Shown here in pieces: positions 40,768 to 54,823 of a stretch of DNA of 60,000 nucleotides (positions are counted from its first letter, which is position 1; each line of letters begins with the position of its first letter). The notes beneath the pieces are model-generated. The model was not told the origin of the DNA, did not search any database, and saw only the letters and a list, made by a program, of their open reading frames with translations. A program made the translations under genes and the position numbers. The DNA comes from Botryllus schlosseri (Eukaryota), in assembly GCA_051294905.1 (NCBI GenBank), contig CM119371.1, positions 17,982,001 to 18,042,000 of the forward strand, read 5' to 3'.

Positions 40768-42159
40768 CAGGGGTGGGCAATTATTTTCCTCCGCGGGCCA
40801 AATGAGAAAAATAAATACGTTGGCGGGCAGAGGGAAAAATCTTAGCTATATTCTCCAGCGAATTTTAATTTTATTTCTAAATTACATTCTTAATAAATGC
40901 TGCTCAGTGAATGTGTAGATATTAGGTAATGAGAAAGTGACGGTTAATTAAAAATATATATATATTTGCTGTCATGAATCGTAACATTGGTAAACATGAT
41001 ACATTTTTGCTCTCTAGAAACCCCTATCCACGTTCTTCAATTAAGAATTTAAAACAGTGGTTCTCAAACTTTTTCAGGCACGCCTGTTTTTATGATGGTC
41101 AGCAATTTCGCGCCCCCTTATCATGATATCACAAAATATTAAAAAGTGCAACCGGAATGCTAGTAATCTCCACGGATAGTTTGACAGCATGGAAGATTAT
41201 GGCTGTTAATGAGAGAATTGTGACATATGTAAAGTCGGACAATACACAAAGCAACAAGTTGTTGCCAACAACCATAAGCTGGGGGAATATCGCGCGGAGC
41301 GCGGACATATTTTTCAGTAAACTTCGGCTTCGCGCCACCCTTCTGATGCTTTCACGTCTCCCAGTTTGAGAACCACTGCACTGAAATGTAGGCTATATGC
41401 AATAGTACAAAGCTTATTTCTTCGTCGCTGCCTTCCAAGCAGTGTGCAGCTTAAATAACTTTTATGTTGAGCGAAGCTAGCAGTTTTTCTGAACTTCGCT
41501 CTCCCTTGACCGAGTGTTTTTTCGTGTTTTTGTCATAAGACCGACTTTCGTTAAAATTCTTAATCTCGGCGACATGCTCGGCAAAAACTCATGCAAGGAC
41601 GGGTTTACCCTGGACTCTGTATTTAGTGTTCTGAATTCTAAACCTAAACCTTCTTTGAATCTCAGTTTTATGCTTTGTTTTTTGGGCATGACCGTTAATC
41701 TTTTATGTGTGCTGATAGATTGTCATATAGATAGTCATATAGTAATCGCAAGCACTGATTGACTTGTTTTAGAATTAGGGGTTAGGAAGCATATCACGTA
41801 ACAAATTGAAACTCATACCGTATAATGCGTAATTTGACAATGGCTAAGGTAGGTTTGAACTAAACTATATGGAAAGAGCGATTTCTTGTGTAATCAATTG
41901 CTACTCATACTTTGCCACGTTGCCTTTATTTTCAATCTGGACTACGCATGTCAGGTACGTAGGCAGCGTTATCGTGGCATGAACAATTGAACATGAACAG
42001 GCTTCGAAGTAAGCGAATTTCCTGTTCATTTGATACAGCCAGATTTACTCATTCAAATAGAGAGTTTTATGTTTTGAATTCCAAGCAATCTTTCGCGGGC
42101 CGCAAAGAATAGCTTCGCGGGCCGCATGTGGCCCGCGGGCCGCACTTTGCCCATGTCTG
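40768..42159. mobile_element. Charlie-like non-autonomous hAT, 1392 bp, with nested family B MITE
   Basis: CAGGGGTGGGCAA / TTGCCCATGTCTG ends, GCGGGCCGC subterminal motifs, perfect TSD GCTAAGAG. Confidence 0.9.
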
Positions 42160-42233
42160 GCTAAGAGTGTATGGAAGGTGTGTACCCTGCGACATTTCAC
42201 TTCTGGTTCACCGTCAAGCATTTGGTTACTTAC

Positions 42234-42307
42234 TTCACTTGAGGAATACCTTGCAGGCTGGCTCGATCATAATGAAGGATGACCGCCTCAGTTCTGGTAT
42301 CGCTTAT
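42234..42307 (-). CDS. Alpha-1,3-fucosyltransferase exon 3
   Basis: TTGCAG|ATA...AA|GTAAGT, phase 0-2. Encodes ISDTRTEAVILHYDRASLQGIPQV(K), matching the DAVVFH motif. Confidence 0.88.
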
Positions 42308-42623
42308 CTGCAATGATATGAATAAAACTGAGTGTTGGCGTGCTCTTAACGACATAGTACAAGCGAATATGAACATGTAACACCTCGGCCGGAAGGCTGC
42401 GTAGGTAGATCATATAAACAGGTGGAAAATAGGTTTATTAACCAAATTTCCAACATAGCTTAAGGAGCGAATGATGCCATCGCCACACTCTGGTGACAAA
42501 TTTTGCTTTCACGCCCATCGCAATGGGCGAAAACGAGTAACATACACCCATTCTTATATTGGAGATATATCTGAAGAGTGTTTTTGTCTGTAGTATAGTA
42601 TTCATGTTGTTTTTCGATTATAC

Positions 42624-44033
42624 CAGTGGTTCTTAACCTTGCCTCCAGCGCCCCTCAAGGAGTGCTGGGCTCAGGGGGGCGATATGGGAGCGCTGAAGAA
42701 AAATGGCTTCGCAGTAGATGATGTAGTAGTAGGACATATCCTTAATGAGTATTCAGAGCAAATTAACATTCCACAAGACATGTCAAATCTCGAAACGTTT
42801 GGTCGCGCTACGCGGCGACGTTTGCTACATATGTAGTGGGTTATTTATTATAATTCATGTTAAATGAATTGATGGTCCTAATAGATCGCCAAATTCCCGT
42901 TAAAACACTACTGTCACATTTGCTAGGGTTATATTGAACAATATGTTTCGAACTAGGTATTATATCCTGCAGCGCACAGCGTGTGCAAATCGAAGAAGGA
43001 GGCACTGTATGTCACTTTTGAGAGTGCGATTAAATCGCGAAATATTTCCAATACTAAAGTCCCGAAATGACCGACTGGACTTTGACCTCTTACCAGGACC
43101 GAAACTGCAGCAACCCAAACCCCCTAATCAAGGGGGGAGCTCGAAGAGTGCCCTAAATTATTTCGGTGAATGAACATAAATTACACTTCATGTTTTGACG
43201 ACTAAAATACGCATATTTACAGAAAATAGAAATAGACATTTCGGCGTCGGCCATTACCACGCCACCATGCACAAAGACATATGAAGTTTCGGCTAATATG
43301 GGACTCCGAGAAGTGTGTCAAAAAGATCGTCAGCGAGAAAACCTTAGCCGAAGAAAATTGCTCTTATGTTGACCGTAAACGTCGATGTAGAAAAGTCTAA
43401 TTGTCCTGTCGTCGCAATCTACACCCCACAGGACAAATAACATACACCAGAGAAAAATTATTTGCCAGTGAAGAAATACCAATTTTGAACCGTGTGCTTA
43501 CTTTAGTTTAATACGTTTATGCGTTTCAATATCTTTTGACTATATAGCGGACAAGAGGTAACAAAATAACAGCATGTAACGAAGTAATTTGTACCAACGG
43601 GCACGCCCGAATATGTTTAAGTGTTAAATACATGGCCTTCATTTTCCAAGACAAAGCTGACTCAGCGCTACTAGTAAATCTGATTACGTGGGTCCGGAGG
43701 ATAAAAAGTTTATAGCGACATATATATGCAATTACCATCTAATCAGTAGTGCATTATAGACAAATTTGGCGCCTAGGGCGACCAAGCCACACAAACTTTG
43801 CTGACTATCGAAATCACGCGACGGGGATCTTAAGGGCCAAGCCCCAATAAGTTTGGTTTATCACGCTATGGGTGCCCAAGAAAATCTTTTTTATGGGGAC
43901 TGGCGAAGTGTTGTAACGGCCCTCCCTCTTACCCATTGTCTTTATTACAGTCCTTACAATATGGGGTGGAGGGCGCTACTGCACGATATTTTGTGAAAGG
44001 AGGCGCTAGAGGAAAAAATGTTAAGAACCACTG
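42624..44033. mobile_element. Non-autonomous hAT, 1410 bp
   Basis: TIR CAGTGGTTCTTAAC/GTTAAGAACCACTG; perfect TSD GATTATAC. Confidence 0.92.
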
Positions 44034-44599
44034 GATTATACAATGGTTATTTACACCAAGCCAACGTTATGATTTCGACAAGCACCATGAATACCACAAA
44101 ACAAACAAACAACCAACCCGCATCACGACTAAAACAAAGGGCGCAGCATAGAAATATGCCAACTTATATCGTCGTTAGAGCTACTGCTATAGTGGTTTAT
44201 AACGGTGATCAATAGACCGTTCACCGTGTTCTTGTCAGTTTCCGTTATTTGTGCATAACTTCGTTGCTAGCATGAGCCGTATATAATATCCGTAATAAGA
44301 TGTGTACTGTAGCAGTATTATGTGTCCTAAAGCTTTGATAATAAAGCATGCCTGCGAAAAGACAAGGGGTGGATTTGAAGGTAACATTTTGGAATCATTT
44401 GACTGAACCAGCCCGCAAGCGATCAAAATGTTTGAATCCGTCTCGCGATCGAATTTGAGTTTCATACCTCTGCTTTACAGTGTATATGTTGAAACGAAAT
44501 TTTATTACTACGTTGTATCTCGAAAATGAAGTACTACTAGCTGAGCTACATTTAGACCCAGCTCATTCAATTACGATGAAATTCAAAGGATCGATGAAT

Positions 44600-44860
44600 T
44601 GAATGAATGAATGAATAAATAAATAAATAAATAAATAAATGAATGAATGAATGAATGAATGAATGAATGAATGAATGAATGAATGAATGAATGAATGAAT
44701 GAATGAATGAATGAATGAATGAATGAATGAATGAATGAATGAATGAATGAATGAATGAATGAATGAATGAATGAATGAATGAATGAATGAATGAATGAAT
44801 GAATGAATAAATTAATCAATCAATCAATCAATCAATCAGTCAATCAATCAATCAATCAAT
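44600..44860. repeat. Compound tetranucleotide microsatellite (AAAT)n(GAAT)n(CAAT)n
   Basis: Directly visible. Confidence 0.98.
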
Positions 44861-45624
44861 AGATCAGGGATGGCCAACCTGCGGTCGTAGAAGGAAATTT
44901 GTGCGGCCGTAGACACATATTTCAATTAGCATACGTTGGCGGCCATAGACATGCAATTTGAAAATACGAATTGAATCCCGAATTTTTGAGAGATTTTAAT
45001 TATTCTTGAAATTTTCGTCGCGCTGCGTGCGTGCGTGCTATTCATTTTTCGATTTTATTATAGTAGCGCCCTTAGCAATCTGAGCCCTACAGTACAGACT
45101 ACAGATGCGAACAGCAGAGGTAAATGATGCGCCCCATATATAAATACACACTCGGAATCGTGTAGTGTCCACTATGCCTACATTCCTGATGGTAGTCCAT
45201 GAAATAACAACATGCGGCAAAATGGTTTATAACAATTGGCCCAACGAAGAGGCATCATCATTTATAGCTTGCCCCAAATTTTCGAAAACACCCTTTCTAT
45301 CAACTCTACCGGTCAATCTGATCACATGGGCTGAGAAATGATAAATGTATGATAGTTATATGTTAAACTACTAATATTATTGACGAAATTCATTACTGAA
45401 TCTGAAAAAAATTTCGCGCTGCCGTGACCATAACAAATGACATACTTTGACCACTCGCGATTTCGGCGCGTATATACCGATGTCGTTGAATAGATTAGTC
45501 CGACGTTCGGTACGTTTCGGAGGTGAAATAAAATAACAGACATGCAAGTCAGATTAGTTGAACGAGCCCGTATGCGGTACTATTGCTATAGCTCACATAG
45601 TTATGTGTCCCCTGGTGTACTCAC

Positions 45625-45711
45625 CCACTTGTCTGCATTGCGTACAAGACATCCCCCACATTCTCTGGGCAGATCGACCTCTGGATCCAATGAGTACCAT
45701 GCAAGTATTAT
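45625..45711 (-). CDS. Alpha-1,3-fucosyltransferase exon 2
   Basis: GTATAG|ATA...TGG|GTGAGT, phase 0-0. Encodes IILAWYSLDPEVDLPRECGGCLVRNADKW (GT10 ILLW...C..C). Confidence 0.88.
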
Positions 45712-46579
45712 CTATACGGAGTTCAAAATATATAAGAACAAGTTTTGACTTTCCTATACCTATACGCGTCCCAGTAATTGTAGTCAGTCATGGTCCAATG
45801 ATGTAGAATTTTATACGAGCCCATTGAAGTAAAATATGCGTCATGCGTTAATGAGCATGCAGAGATGTAGAAATACTGACGGGAGTATTGACTTGACTGC
45901 TGCTCTTTTAGATTAATTAGGTCTATATCTATATCTATATCTCACATTGCCTACTCACATTGGTTTGAATATGTGACATTGGTTACTAAACCTGGAAATC
46001 GGTTTCAGGAACAAAATGCAAATATAAATCCGTGATTCTGAACCTTTCTCGCCTTAACTAACCATAGTTTGTTTCGAGTCTTCAAATTTATATGAAGACT
46101 AAAGACAAATATGTAGGGTTACCATACGTCCTCTTTAAAGAGGATCTGTCCAGTCTTTTTGACGTTTTTGAAAGTGTCCTCGGAGGGAGGACGCCCAAAT
46201 GTCCTCTTTTTTTTTAAAAAAAATCCTCTTTTTCAAGCCAGATTGACCCTATTCTTTTCAATGGCAGTTAAGAGCCATACAACGATGTCCACCAACTGTT
46301 ACGTCACCATATCGAAGTTCACTACATGGGGTCGTTATGTGATGTTATAACAGCCGCATTATTGAAGCCGGTAGCCGCACACCATTAGAGAATGACGTAG
46401 AATGGGAAGCGGTCGTTGAGCGACACTGATCCTTTGCTACTGGGGTCGGGAGCCTTTTGCAAGCTACCTAATTGTATTACCGTGAGAATTTATCAGAGAG
46501 TCATATCATCAACAGAGCCATATATGTATCGCCAGCCATTGTTTACCATCCCTGCAATGCGCTATATGGTGATAAATTG

Positions 46580-47527
46580 CCCATTTGAGGGGGGGTCACT
46601 TTCTGCAAAACTGACCATCACTTTTCAAATTCATACCGTGACCTCACCAACACTTGAATCTGAGCTGTTCTAGTTTAAAACTGGGCTAGGTATCGCCTTC
46701 TTCCGTTTCCGCCCTCGATAGACACCCCATGACATGTCTAGGCCTTTTATAAGACTAAATAAACAAGCTTTTTTCTAAAAAATCTCTTTCTTTCTCACAT
46801 TTTTCAAGACTGTCCCCCCAGGATAGCGCCAGAGAGCCGGAAATGATGCCTCAGTGCGTAGCCACCGTTGCCTAGTTTCGAACAAGCCGTCAACAGTCGC
46901 CGTAAACCACGCGAAAAATCAAAAACACATGAAACATTTATATAATGGCGTGGTCAGTGAGTGGTCATAATGGCTAAGTTCAAGATCAATACCGAACTGG
47001 ACCCCTACCGCCCAGTTAATGGCATGAAACAACGTGGTATTTCCCCCTGTCATATGCTCATATCCAACCATTTGCAATCACAGTGATCCAGTTTATGACT
47101 CATATTCCGTCACGAACTCGGACTTGAACTTGACTATGTTCTTGAAAATCACCGAAGCGTGACGAAAATTAACAAACCCCCCTCAGAAAACTCCCCATAA
47201 CAAGGTTTGATGTTCGAAACGGTGAAAACTTACACATAATACCGTACAAGTCTACTTCTGATGTTCTGGCAGAATTTCGGACGGTATTTCCCACTCGGAA
47301 AATATCTGGAAATTTCTGGTGAGGCGTATTTTCGGCGGAACTCCATATGTAAGATCATCCGTATTTGAAAATTGTCATGGCTTATACCTTCAAATTCGGT
47401 ATCATATAAATCAGAAGATAGCTGGCTTTCTAGATAAGCCAAAAGCAGTCTGCTACGACATATATACTTGGAGATATTGAGAGATGAACTTGAACTTGGG
47501 TCACCAGTGATCCCCCCATTAAAAGGG
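46580..47527. mobile_element. piggyBac-like non-autonomous insertion in FucT intron 1
   Basis: Absent from the paralogous intron (~16942). Imperfect TIR CCCATTTGAGGGGGGGTCACT / AGTGATCCCCCCATTAAAAGGG followed by TTAA; left TTAA not intact. Confidence 0.55.
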
Positions 47528-47566
47528 TTAACGAAATACACGACATTCATTTACAGTATATTCTAC

Positions 47567-47779
47567 CTTTTTCGTGGCCTTTTCTGCCTTGTCTAGTGCA
47601 TTCTCGTATTCTCTTCGGTACAGGAATTCATAGGCATCATCATCTTCTGGCAGCACACCCGGCCTACAGACCATATCATTCTGCATTGTGATCTCTTGCG
47701 AAGTGTTGTAGATAAATTGGACAAACAGACTTGCGATAGATAGGCAAATCACTAGGAAAAGCCATCGATATTCTTTCAT
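47567..47779 (-). CDS. Alpha-1,3-fucosyltransferase exon 1 (cytoplasmic tail, TM anchor, stem)
   Basis: MKEYRWLFLVICLSIASLFVQFIY... with AAG|GTAGAA donor, phase 0. Exons 1-6 join in frame to 1266 nt (421 aa). Confidence 0.85.
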
Positions 47780-48156
47780 AGTATTCGATATAGTATTTCT
47801 GCAAAAGTCTTAGTGTTAGCCAATCCGTATTTGACAGTGTCTGGCAAACGTTTCAGCTCTAGGGCAGTGGTTCTCAACCTGGGGGGGGGGGGGCGTGCAT
47901 GCATCTGAGGGGGAACGCGAAGAAGCGGTCAACTGAAATTTTTTTTCGAGCTCTGCCCGATATACCTCCAATTCACGTGTGTTTTTCTGTATATAGACCG
48001 AATTTCATATTTTTGAATTCTTTCATTAACAGTCATAACCTTCCATGCCATCAAACAATCTGTTGGGGTTGCTAGCATCCCGGTTGGATTTTGTGATACG
48101 ACGATAAGGGGAGCGCGAAATGCCTCGCGCACGAAGGAAAAATTTTGAATCAACTG

Positions 48157-51100
48157 CAAAAAACCTCACAGTGCCGCATATGGCGGCTGTAGCGCATATA
48201 AAACCGAAGCTAAACTGCAAATTATCAAAGAACGTACAAAAATCAGTTATTCCCTAGCGAAAGTCGTGTTAAACTCGGCCACCGTTACTACCTCTTTGCC
48301 TGCGTCTCATATACAAAGGACTTTTAGTGAAGTCATCGCTAGCGACTCCTCCACATCTTTCCGACAACCATTACCTCGTCGCACCAAAATCAGTTCGATC
48401 CTTAGCAAACATACCATTTCCGCTCCTGCTCCCAATAACGGGGATTTGCGACATTTCAGTCAGACCCAATTGAAAGAAAATACTGTTAACCATGCTGCTA
48501 GCGATACCGAATCGGAAGATAATGCCTATTGTCTTCGTGTCGACCATCCACCCCAGATCTTTCGCAGTTACTTTCCCTACTTGTAGGAATTGTTGGAGGT
48601 TGTCAAATCTGCTCAATGCAATGCGCTTGAAATCGTTTCCAGAGCATGCCTTAAGCATGGTTTTTTTGCTCCGGCTCCCAAAGTAAATGTGTAATCAAGC
48701 TCTTCGTTTCGTCCAATGGAATTGTAGAGGTATTTATCGTAAACTACCCGAGCTGAAACAATTTATCCACAACCTACCAAATACCCCTGACGTAATATTG
48801 CTTCAGGAGACTCATCTCATCGATAAGCATTCCCCTAAGTTGACGGGTTTTCGGGTCTTTCGTAAAGACAACTCGCTTCATTCCGGTGGCCTGGCCATTT
48901 TTGTGCGCGAATCTCTCCCCGCCACTGAGATCCAACTTGACACCCCATCTTGCATTGAAGTGTTAGGTATATCCATCGGCCACCTACGCATCTGCAACGT
49001 CTATAACGAGCCCTACCGCAGTTTCCGAAGAGAGTGCTTTTGTTTTCTTGGAATCGCTGTCGCATCGTGCAATAATCTTCGGGGATTTTAATGCCCACCA
49101 TCTCTCCTGGGGGCAAAGAAATAACCGACGAGGCCGCCTCCTATTTGACGCTTTCGACCAAAATGGATCGGTTGTATTAAATCGTAGCTCGCCAACTCAT
49201 CTTAATATTGCCTCCAACGCCATAAAGTGCTATTCGCTACTTGATTTATCCATCGCATCAGCCGACGTATCTTTGAAGTGCCGAACCGACGTCACGGATC
49301 GGTTGCTGGGAAGCGACTACTTTCTTGAAATAACTACCTTCAAAGAAAACTTTTCGAATGAAACAAACAGAAGAAACTCGTGGAATTTTCGCAGAGCAGA
49401 TTGGGCGGCCTTTGAGAGAAAAATCGACAGGAGCTTGGAATCTTCGGCCGTGAAGATGTAAACTTTTTGAACAAGATTTTCTCAGAATGCGTAATGGACG
49501 CAGCGCATTCATCGTTCGCTCCTTTTCTGGTGTTCGTTCCTATAATACCATACCTCCGATCACTGTCGATGGCGTCGTTACTGGTGGTGACGACAGGTTG
49601 AAGGCTGACGCTCTAGTCTCGCACTTTTCGTCGGTTAGCAGTGACAGCAATTACACTTAAGCATTCGGAACAAGGAAGGAAGCGGTTGAGGATCAAATAA
49701 CCTCCCGAATCGCCAGTCTCTCAGTACCTGACAATGATATCATTAACGGTCCTTTTTCCAAGGCCAAACTGAAATCAGCCATTTCTCCTCGAGGAAACAC
49801 CAGCCCGGGCTTGGACACTATCGCTTACCCCATGTTGAAGCACTTGTCTGACAAGTCTCTAACATATATACTCCATTTGATCAACTCTTCATGGAATAAT
49901 GGCTTTCTTCCCGACACCTGGAAACACTTTGTTGTTGTCCCTATATTGAAAGGTGAGAAATACCCAGCTGCGGCTAAATCCTATCGTCCCATTTTGCTGA
50001 CCAGTCATTTTTGTAAAGTAATGAAAGTTATAGTAACGAGGCGTTTGAGATTGCACTTGGAATCGAAATCCCTTCTCAACGCCGCTCAGTCTGGATTTCG
50101 TCATGGGCGTAGCACTATGGATAACATCATGCAACTTCATGATACCATGTATACAAAGCGGTAAATAATCGATATTCCGTGATTGCAGTCTTTCTAGACA
50201 TCCAATCCGCGTATGATATGGTATGGCACAACGGTCTGTTGTTAAAACTAACGGAGCTTGGAATAAAAGGGCAAACGTTGAACTGGATAAGGAATTTTGT
50301 GTCACACCGATCTTTCCAAGATCGAGTCGGTAGTTTTCTATCCAACGTTCATTATTTAAAAAATGGCCTGCTACAAGGTAGTGTCATCAGTCCTCTTCTC
50401 TTTTGCAGTCACGATGGCCGACCTTCCATTTTTGGTCAACAACTCCCATGCACTCTTCGCCGACGACCTCTTACTTTGGGACTGCGGTCTCTCCATCCCA
50501 AATCTACTTCCGTCCATACAGCGTTCCCTGGACTCCAGTGGTTGCTTTTGGGGTGGGCGAGGTGGGCGGTCGCCCGGAGCCTCCCCGGTCGAAAAGGCCC
50601 CCCAATTTGGATTTTGCGCTTTTGTCAAGGAGAATGACGAATAAACATGGAAATCCGTGTACCAAGCAAGAATATGATTCCGCACAGATGCTGTGTCAAT
50701 CATCATCAAATCACTGCATGTGTTAGAAAAGTCCCGTATCCCAATAATCATCACGTCTCTGCATGCGGTAGACTTACTTAGTTTTGATGTAGTCTATCCT
50801 TGCACACATGCAAAACAGCTGTTATGTTCATGCATTTTACGTTGGTATCGTTTGCCTCTTATTTGTCTAGGATTAGTAATTACCGCCAATCATTATTTCC
50901 TCGTGTGTCGTGCTTGTATTTATACCCTGTGTTCTGTTGTCTCGTGGTCTTTCGTTTAACTGAACTCTGGATCGTGTCGCTTGTCTATAGTTATTCTGCC
51001 GTTAATATACTGATTCTGTATTGCAACCTCGTCGCATTGAGTTATTGTTCGAACAAGATCAAGAACATAACGACAGCCATGGCCGAATCCAGGACCTGGG

Positions 51101-53110
51101 GAAACCTTTTGAGGTGGTGAAAGATAGATAATAATTACCGATGCGGAAGGGGGGTCTGGAGGGTGGAGCCCCCCATAAGTTACGGATGGATACTTATAGG
51201 GCCCCCCGGTAAGTCTCGCCCTGCCCCCCCCCCGTTCGTTGGGCCACCACTGCTGGACTCCATACAAGAATGGTGTGACAAGTGGGGTATGGTCCTGTCG
51301 AAATCCAAAACCGTCGCAATGTTATTTACACATAAAAGGAAAATTCCTCCTCTTGCTCTCCAAGTGGATGGTTCAAATATACCGGTTGTGGAAACATTCA
51401 ACTATCTCAGCGTCGTTTTTGACAAGAGGCTATCCTACAAAGCACATATCGAATACATTTTGTCCAAATGTAAATTTGTTGAGAGCTCTTACTGGGACAA
51501 GTTGGAGAGCTAGTAAAAAGAGTCTCCTGTGTGCCTACCGATCCCTCGTTCGCTCCATCATCGAGAACGGAATGCCGGCGTACTTCTTTGCGCCCGCTAC
51601 CCCCCTGAAGAAGATCCAGGCCATACAGAGCACAACCTTGCGTATCTGTACCAACGCCATGAAGAGTACGCCGATTTGCATGCGTACTTCAATCCGAATG
51701 TGGGGAAATGCCGTTACATGTGCTGCACAAGTATATTTCTATGACTTACCGCTCTCGCCTCTTGAACCAGGACTCGAACAACTCTTTCATTTGCAAAATT
51801 ATTGAAGAAACCTGGCACGATATTGACAGTTTCGTGAATCCAAACTTTCAAACGATCAACACTTATACTAAATCATCGCCATTTAATCGTTTCAGATTGG
51901 ACAGGTACCGATGACCCTTGTCTCTACCTTGGTTGATGCATCAACCAAGTGTGGATTTCTCTCTCCTCGTAGAGAGGTCTTCACGGATCGTTTTCGGAGC
52001 CTACAACCAGATATATTTAAGTCATGTTGCCGACCATTACGATGAACACGTGCGTATATATACGGATGGGTCTAAATCCCTAGTTGGAGGTGGAGCGGCT
52101 TTTTGCGTCCCTTCACTTGATGTGGCAGTAGCTGAGGCCTGTTCAATGGCTCATTCGGTCCTGTCGATGGAGCTCATAGCGATCGACCAAGCTCTGAGCT
52201 GGATCTCCAGAAACAGTTCCTCGTCAAACAAATTTCTCATTTTTCCAGGCTGTTCAAGTGCCCTAGTTTGCATTAGTAATCCGAACTTGTATCCTATTCA
52301 CAGGCTCGTTTATGAAATTTTGTCCTCTCTTAAGCACCTCAGACAACGTGACTTCAGCGTGTCATTCCTCTGGCAACGTGGGCATTCACGACAATGAAAA
52401 AGCGGACAGATTGGCGAAAACTGTCTCTGACACCCTGCCGAATTCTCGGGATTTGACGATGCTCTCGGAACAAGAAGCTCGTCGTATCATACGTCGTCAC
52501 TGCATGACGCTGTGGGATCAGGAATACCGTTTATCCGAAAAAGGGATTCAATACAAATCCTTCAACACCTCGGTTTCTGATTCTCCCCCTATTTGTGGAA
52601 GCCGCCTCATATGATGGCATCATTTTTCGTTTGAAATCTAGACATTGCCGATTAAACGCGCATTTATTTAAAATTAGAATAGTTCCATTTCCTTGTTGTA
52701 CTTACTGCTGCTATACTCCGAATCCGTCGAACATTTTTTAATCTGTTGTCCGAAATATGCTTATCCTCGTAAATTTCTTATTGATAAATGTGCTCGATTG
52801 CAAGCGAATTTTTGTGTTGCCGATTTACTACTTGATCCTCATATAATTCCTTATGTCGTTGAATTTGTGTTACCGTGCAACCGCAATTTGTAATTGAGTT
52901 TATCATGCTAATCTGATATTTGATTTGTGTTTTGTGTAACCGCCTATCATAACTATCATGTTCTTGTGAGACCCCAGTTGTGATCTTTTTGTATCTACTT
53001 TATTCCATTTTTTCGTAATTTTCTGTGTACAATGTTTTTGACCGTGGCGAAAAAGGCCGACAGGCGATAAGCGCCATTCCTTTTGTTTAATAAACAACAG
53101 CAACAACAAC
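48157..53110 (+). mobile_element. Degenerate I-group LINE (ORF1 zinc-knuckle end; ORF2 APE-RT-RNase H-CCHC)
   Basis: Motifs QWNCRG, LQETH, GDFNAHH, YRPI.LTS, QSGFR, FLDI..AYD, QGSVISP, FADD, YTDGSK, H..NEKADRLAK, ESVEHFLICC. Many stops and frameshifts; AATAAA plus (CAA)n tail. Confidence 0.93.
50536..51252. mobile_element. 717-bp hAT element nested in the LINE RT region
   Basis: CAGTGG...CCACTG ends; perfect TSD CTGGACTC. Confidence 0.9.
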
Positions 53111-54823
53111 CTCCACACGCCAAAACAGAAATACTTTTTCAGTCGTTTCTTTTTTGAATGCAAAGCATTCATCTTCAACTTTTCGCTGTTTAGATTGCTT
53201 TGAACAACTTATTATGAATGAGTTGTGACCAAAGGTATGAAAGACTAGTAGCTAACTGCATATCTATATGGGACGAATCTACCAAACCCACACACGAAAC
53301 AGATTTTTCAAGTACACAACTGAAGGTAATGATCTTGCAGGAGTTGCCAGTATAAAATTACACATTTAGGCTAATTAAGATTAGGATGTTTAGCAACCGA
53401 AACCTTTCAAAATACGTGGGTCAGAATGGCATTGTAAGAATGTGATGATAACTGAAGACACTTGCTGTCAGGTGCTTATTACTGTATTGGTTTATTCCGC
53501 TGTGTGGATTCTGTTCGTTCCTCAGTTGCGTATGTCTGTGCTTGTTTGCTTATGGTTGATTGTATAGCCTAATTTTAGTTCATAAAATCCTAGAAATCGA
53601 ACGAGCAGATTCGTACATCCTTTCCTCGAAAAGTCACTACAACTTTATCAGATACTATTGACACCATCTACTGTAGAATGACTTTCTTTCAAGAGAAGTA
53701 CAGTGCTGGCATAAAAATCTTTACATTCAGTTTGCTATATTGCTACAGACGTACATAAGGCCGAAGATGTGCGATATGCCTAATTGCGGGCCTGTATTCA
53801 TCTGGAATTAGATTGCGCATTCTCGGACATGAATAATTAACCTTCGTAAAAGTCATGCGGATGGCGGACTGTCTTGAACAACAAATTTCTTATACTATAA
53901 AATAAATTCTGATACTGTTAACATGGTCTCCCCAGACAAGGAAGTGATCCACACTCATCGTATCATTCTGTCTAACTGAATCAATTCACTCGGGATCTGG
54001 ATTGTTTGCAATACAAAATAGGTTTTCGGAAGGAAGAAATGAATATGATGCGATGCTAGTATGCGAAGCGAGCATTGTCCTGCCCGAAATAGCGAATGTT
54101 TAAGATGCGCGGACGACGGCGCCATCGCGTCCAAGTTTGCAAGTCGGCGTAGCAAGAACGCTTTGAGAAGGTCGTCTTTGGACGTTTATGCTATACTGGT
54201 AAGCTGGCATAAGTACATGTAAATGAGACGGCGTAAGATTGATAGATCGTTTGGTCAATATTTTGAGGTTGATGTTTCGTGGTCTGCACCCGTGGTATAT
54301 CCGCAATTGCTGTAGAGGAATTGCCTTATGATCATCTTCACCGTAACATATCGGCAAATATGGCTTGCTTATTTTGAAGTAAGCTAGTAATTTTGGATAA
54401 ATTTCGGATGTAAATTTCAGTTTCAGGGTTCGTGCCGAAATCATGGTTAAGTTAAGATTTGAAAACTATTAAGAGTATAAAACCCTTCGAAGCTAATGTT
54501 ACTTTATCTCTCGCAAGAGCAGCGGTTCTCAAACTTTATTAGACTCGCCCTCCTTTATGATAGTGAAAAATTTCACGCCCTCTTTATCGTCATATCACAA
54601 AATACAATCAGAATGCTAGGAATCCCAACGGATAGTTGTATGGCATGGAAGGTTATGACTGTAGACGAGAGAATTCTCAAATATGAAACTCTGACTACAA
54701 ATAGAGCCATAACCACGTATTGGAGGTAAATCGCGATTGACGCCAAAATAGTTTCAGTTGACCGCAGCTTCGTGTCCCTTCAGATGCTTTCACTCCCCCT
54801 AGTTTGAGAACCACTGGCTAAAG

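Noticed and set aside
44583..44819. ORF with (HSFI)n repeats
   Set aside because: It is the translation of a (GAAT)n microsatellite.
48687..52893. Functional RT, endonuclease or RNase H genes, or a retron-like system
   Set aside because: Fragments of a single LINE ORF2 with many stops, frameshifts, a deletion and a nested transposon.
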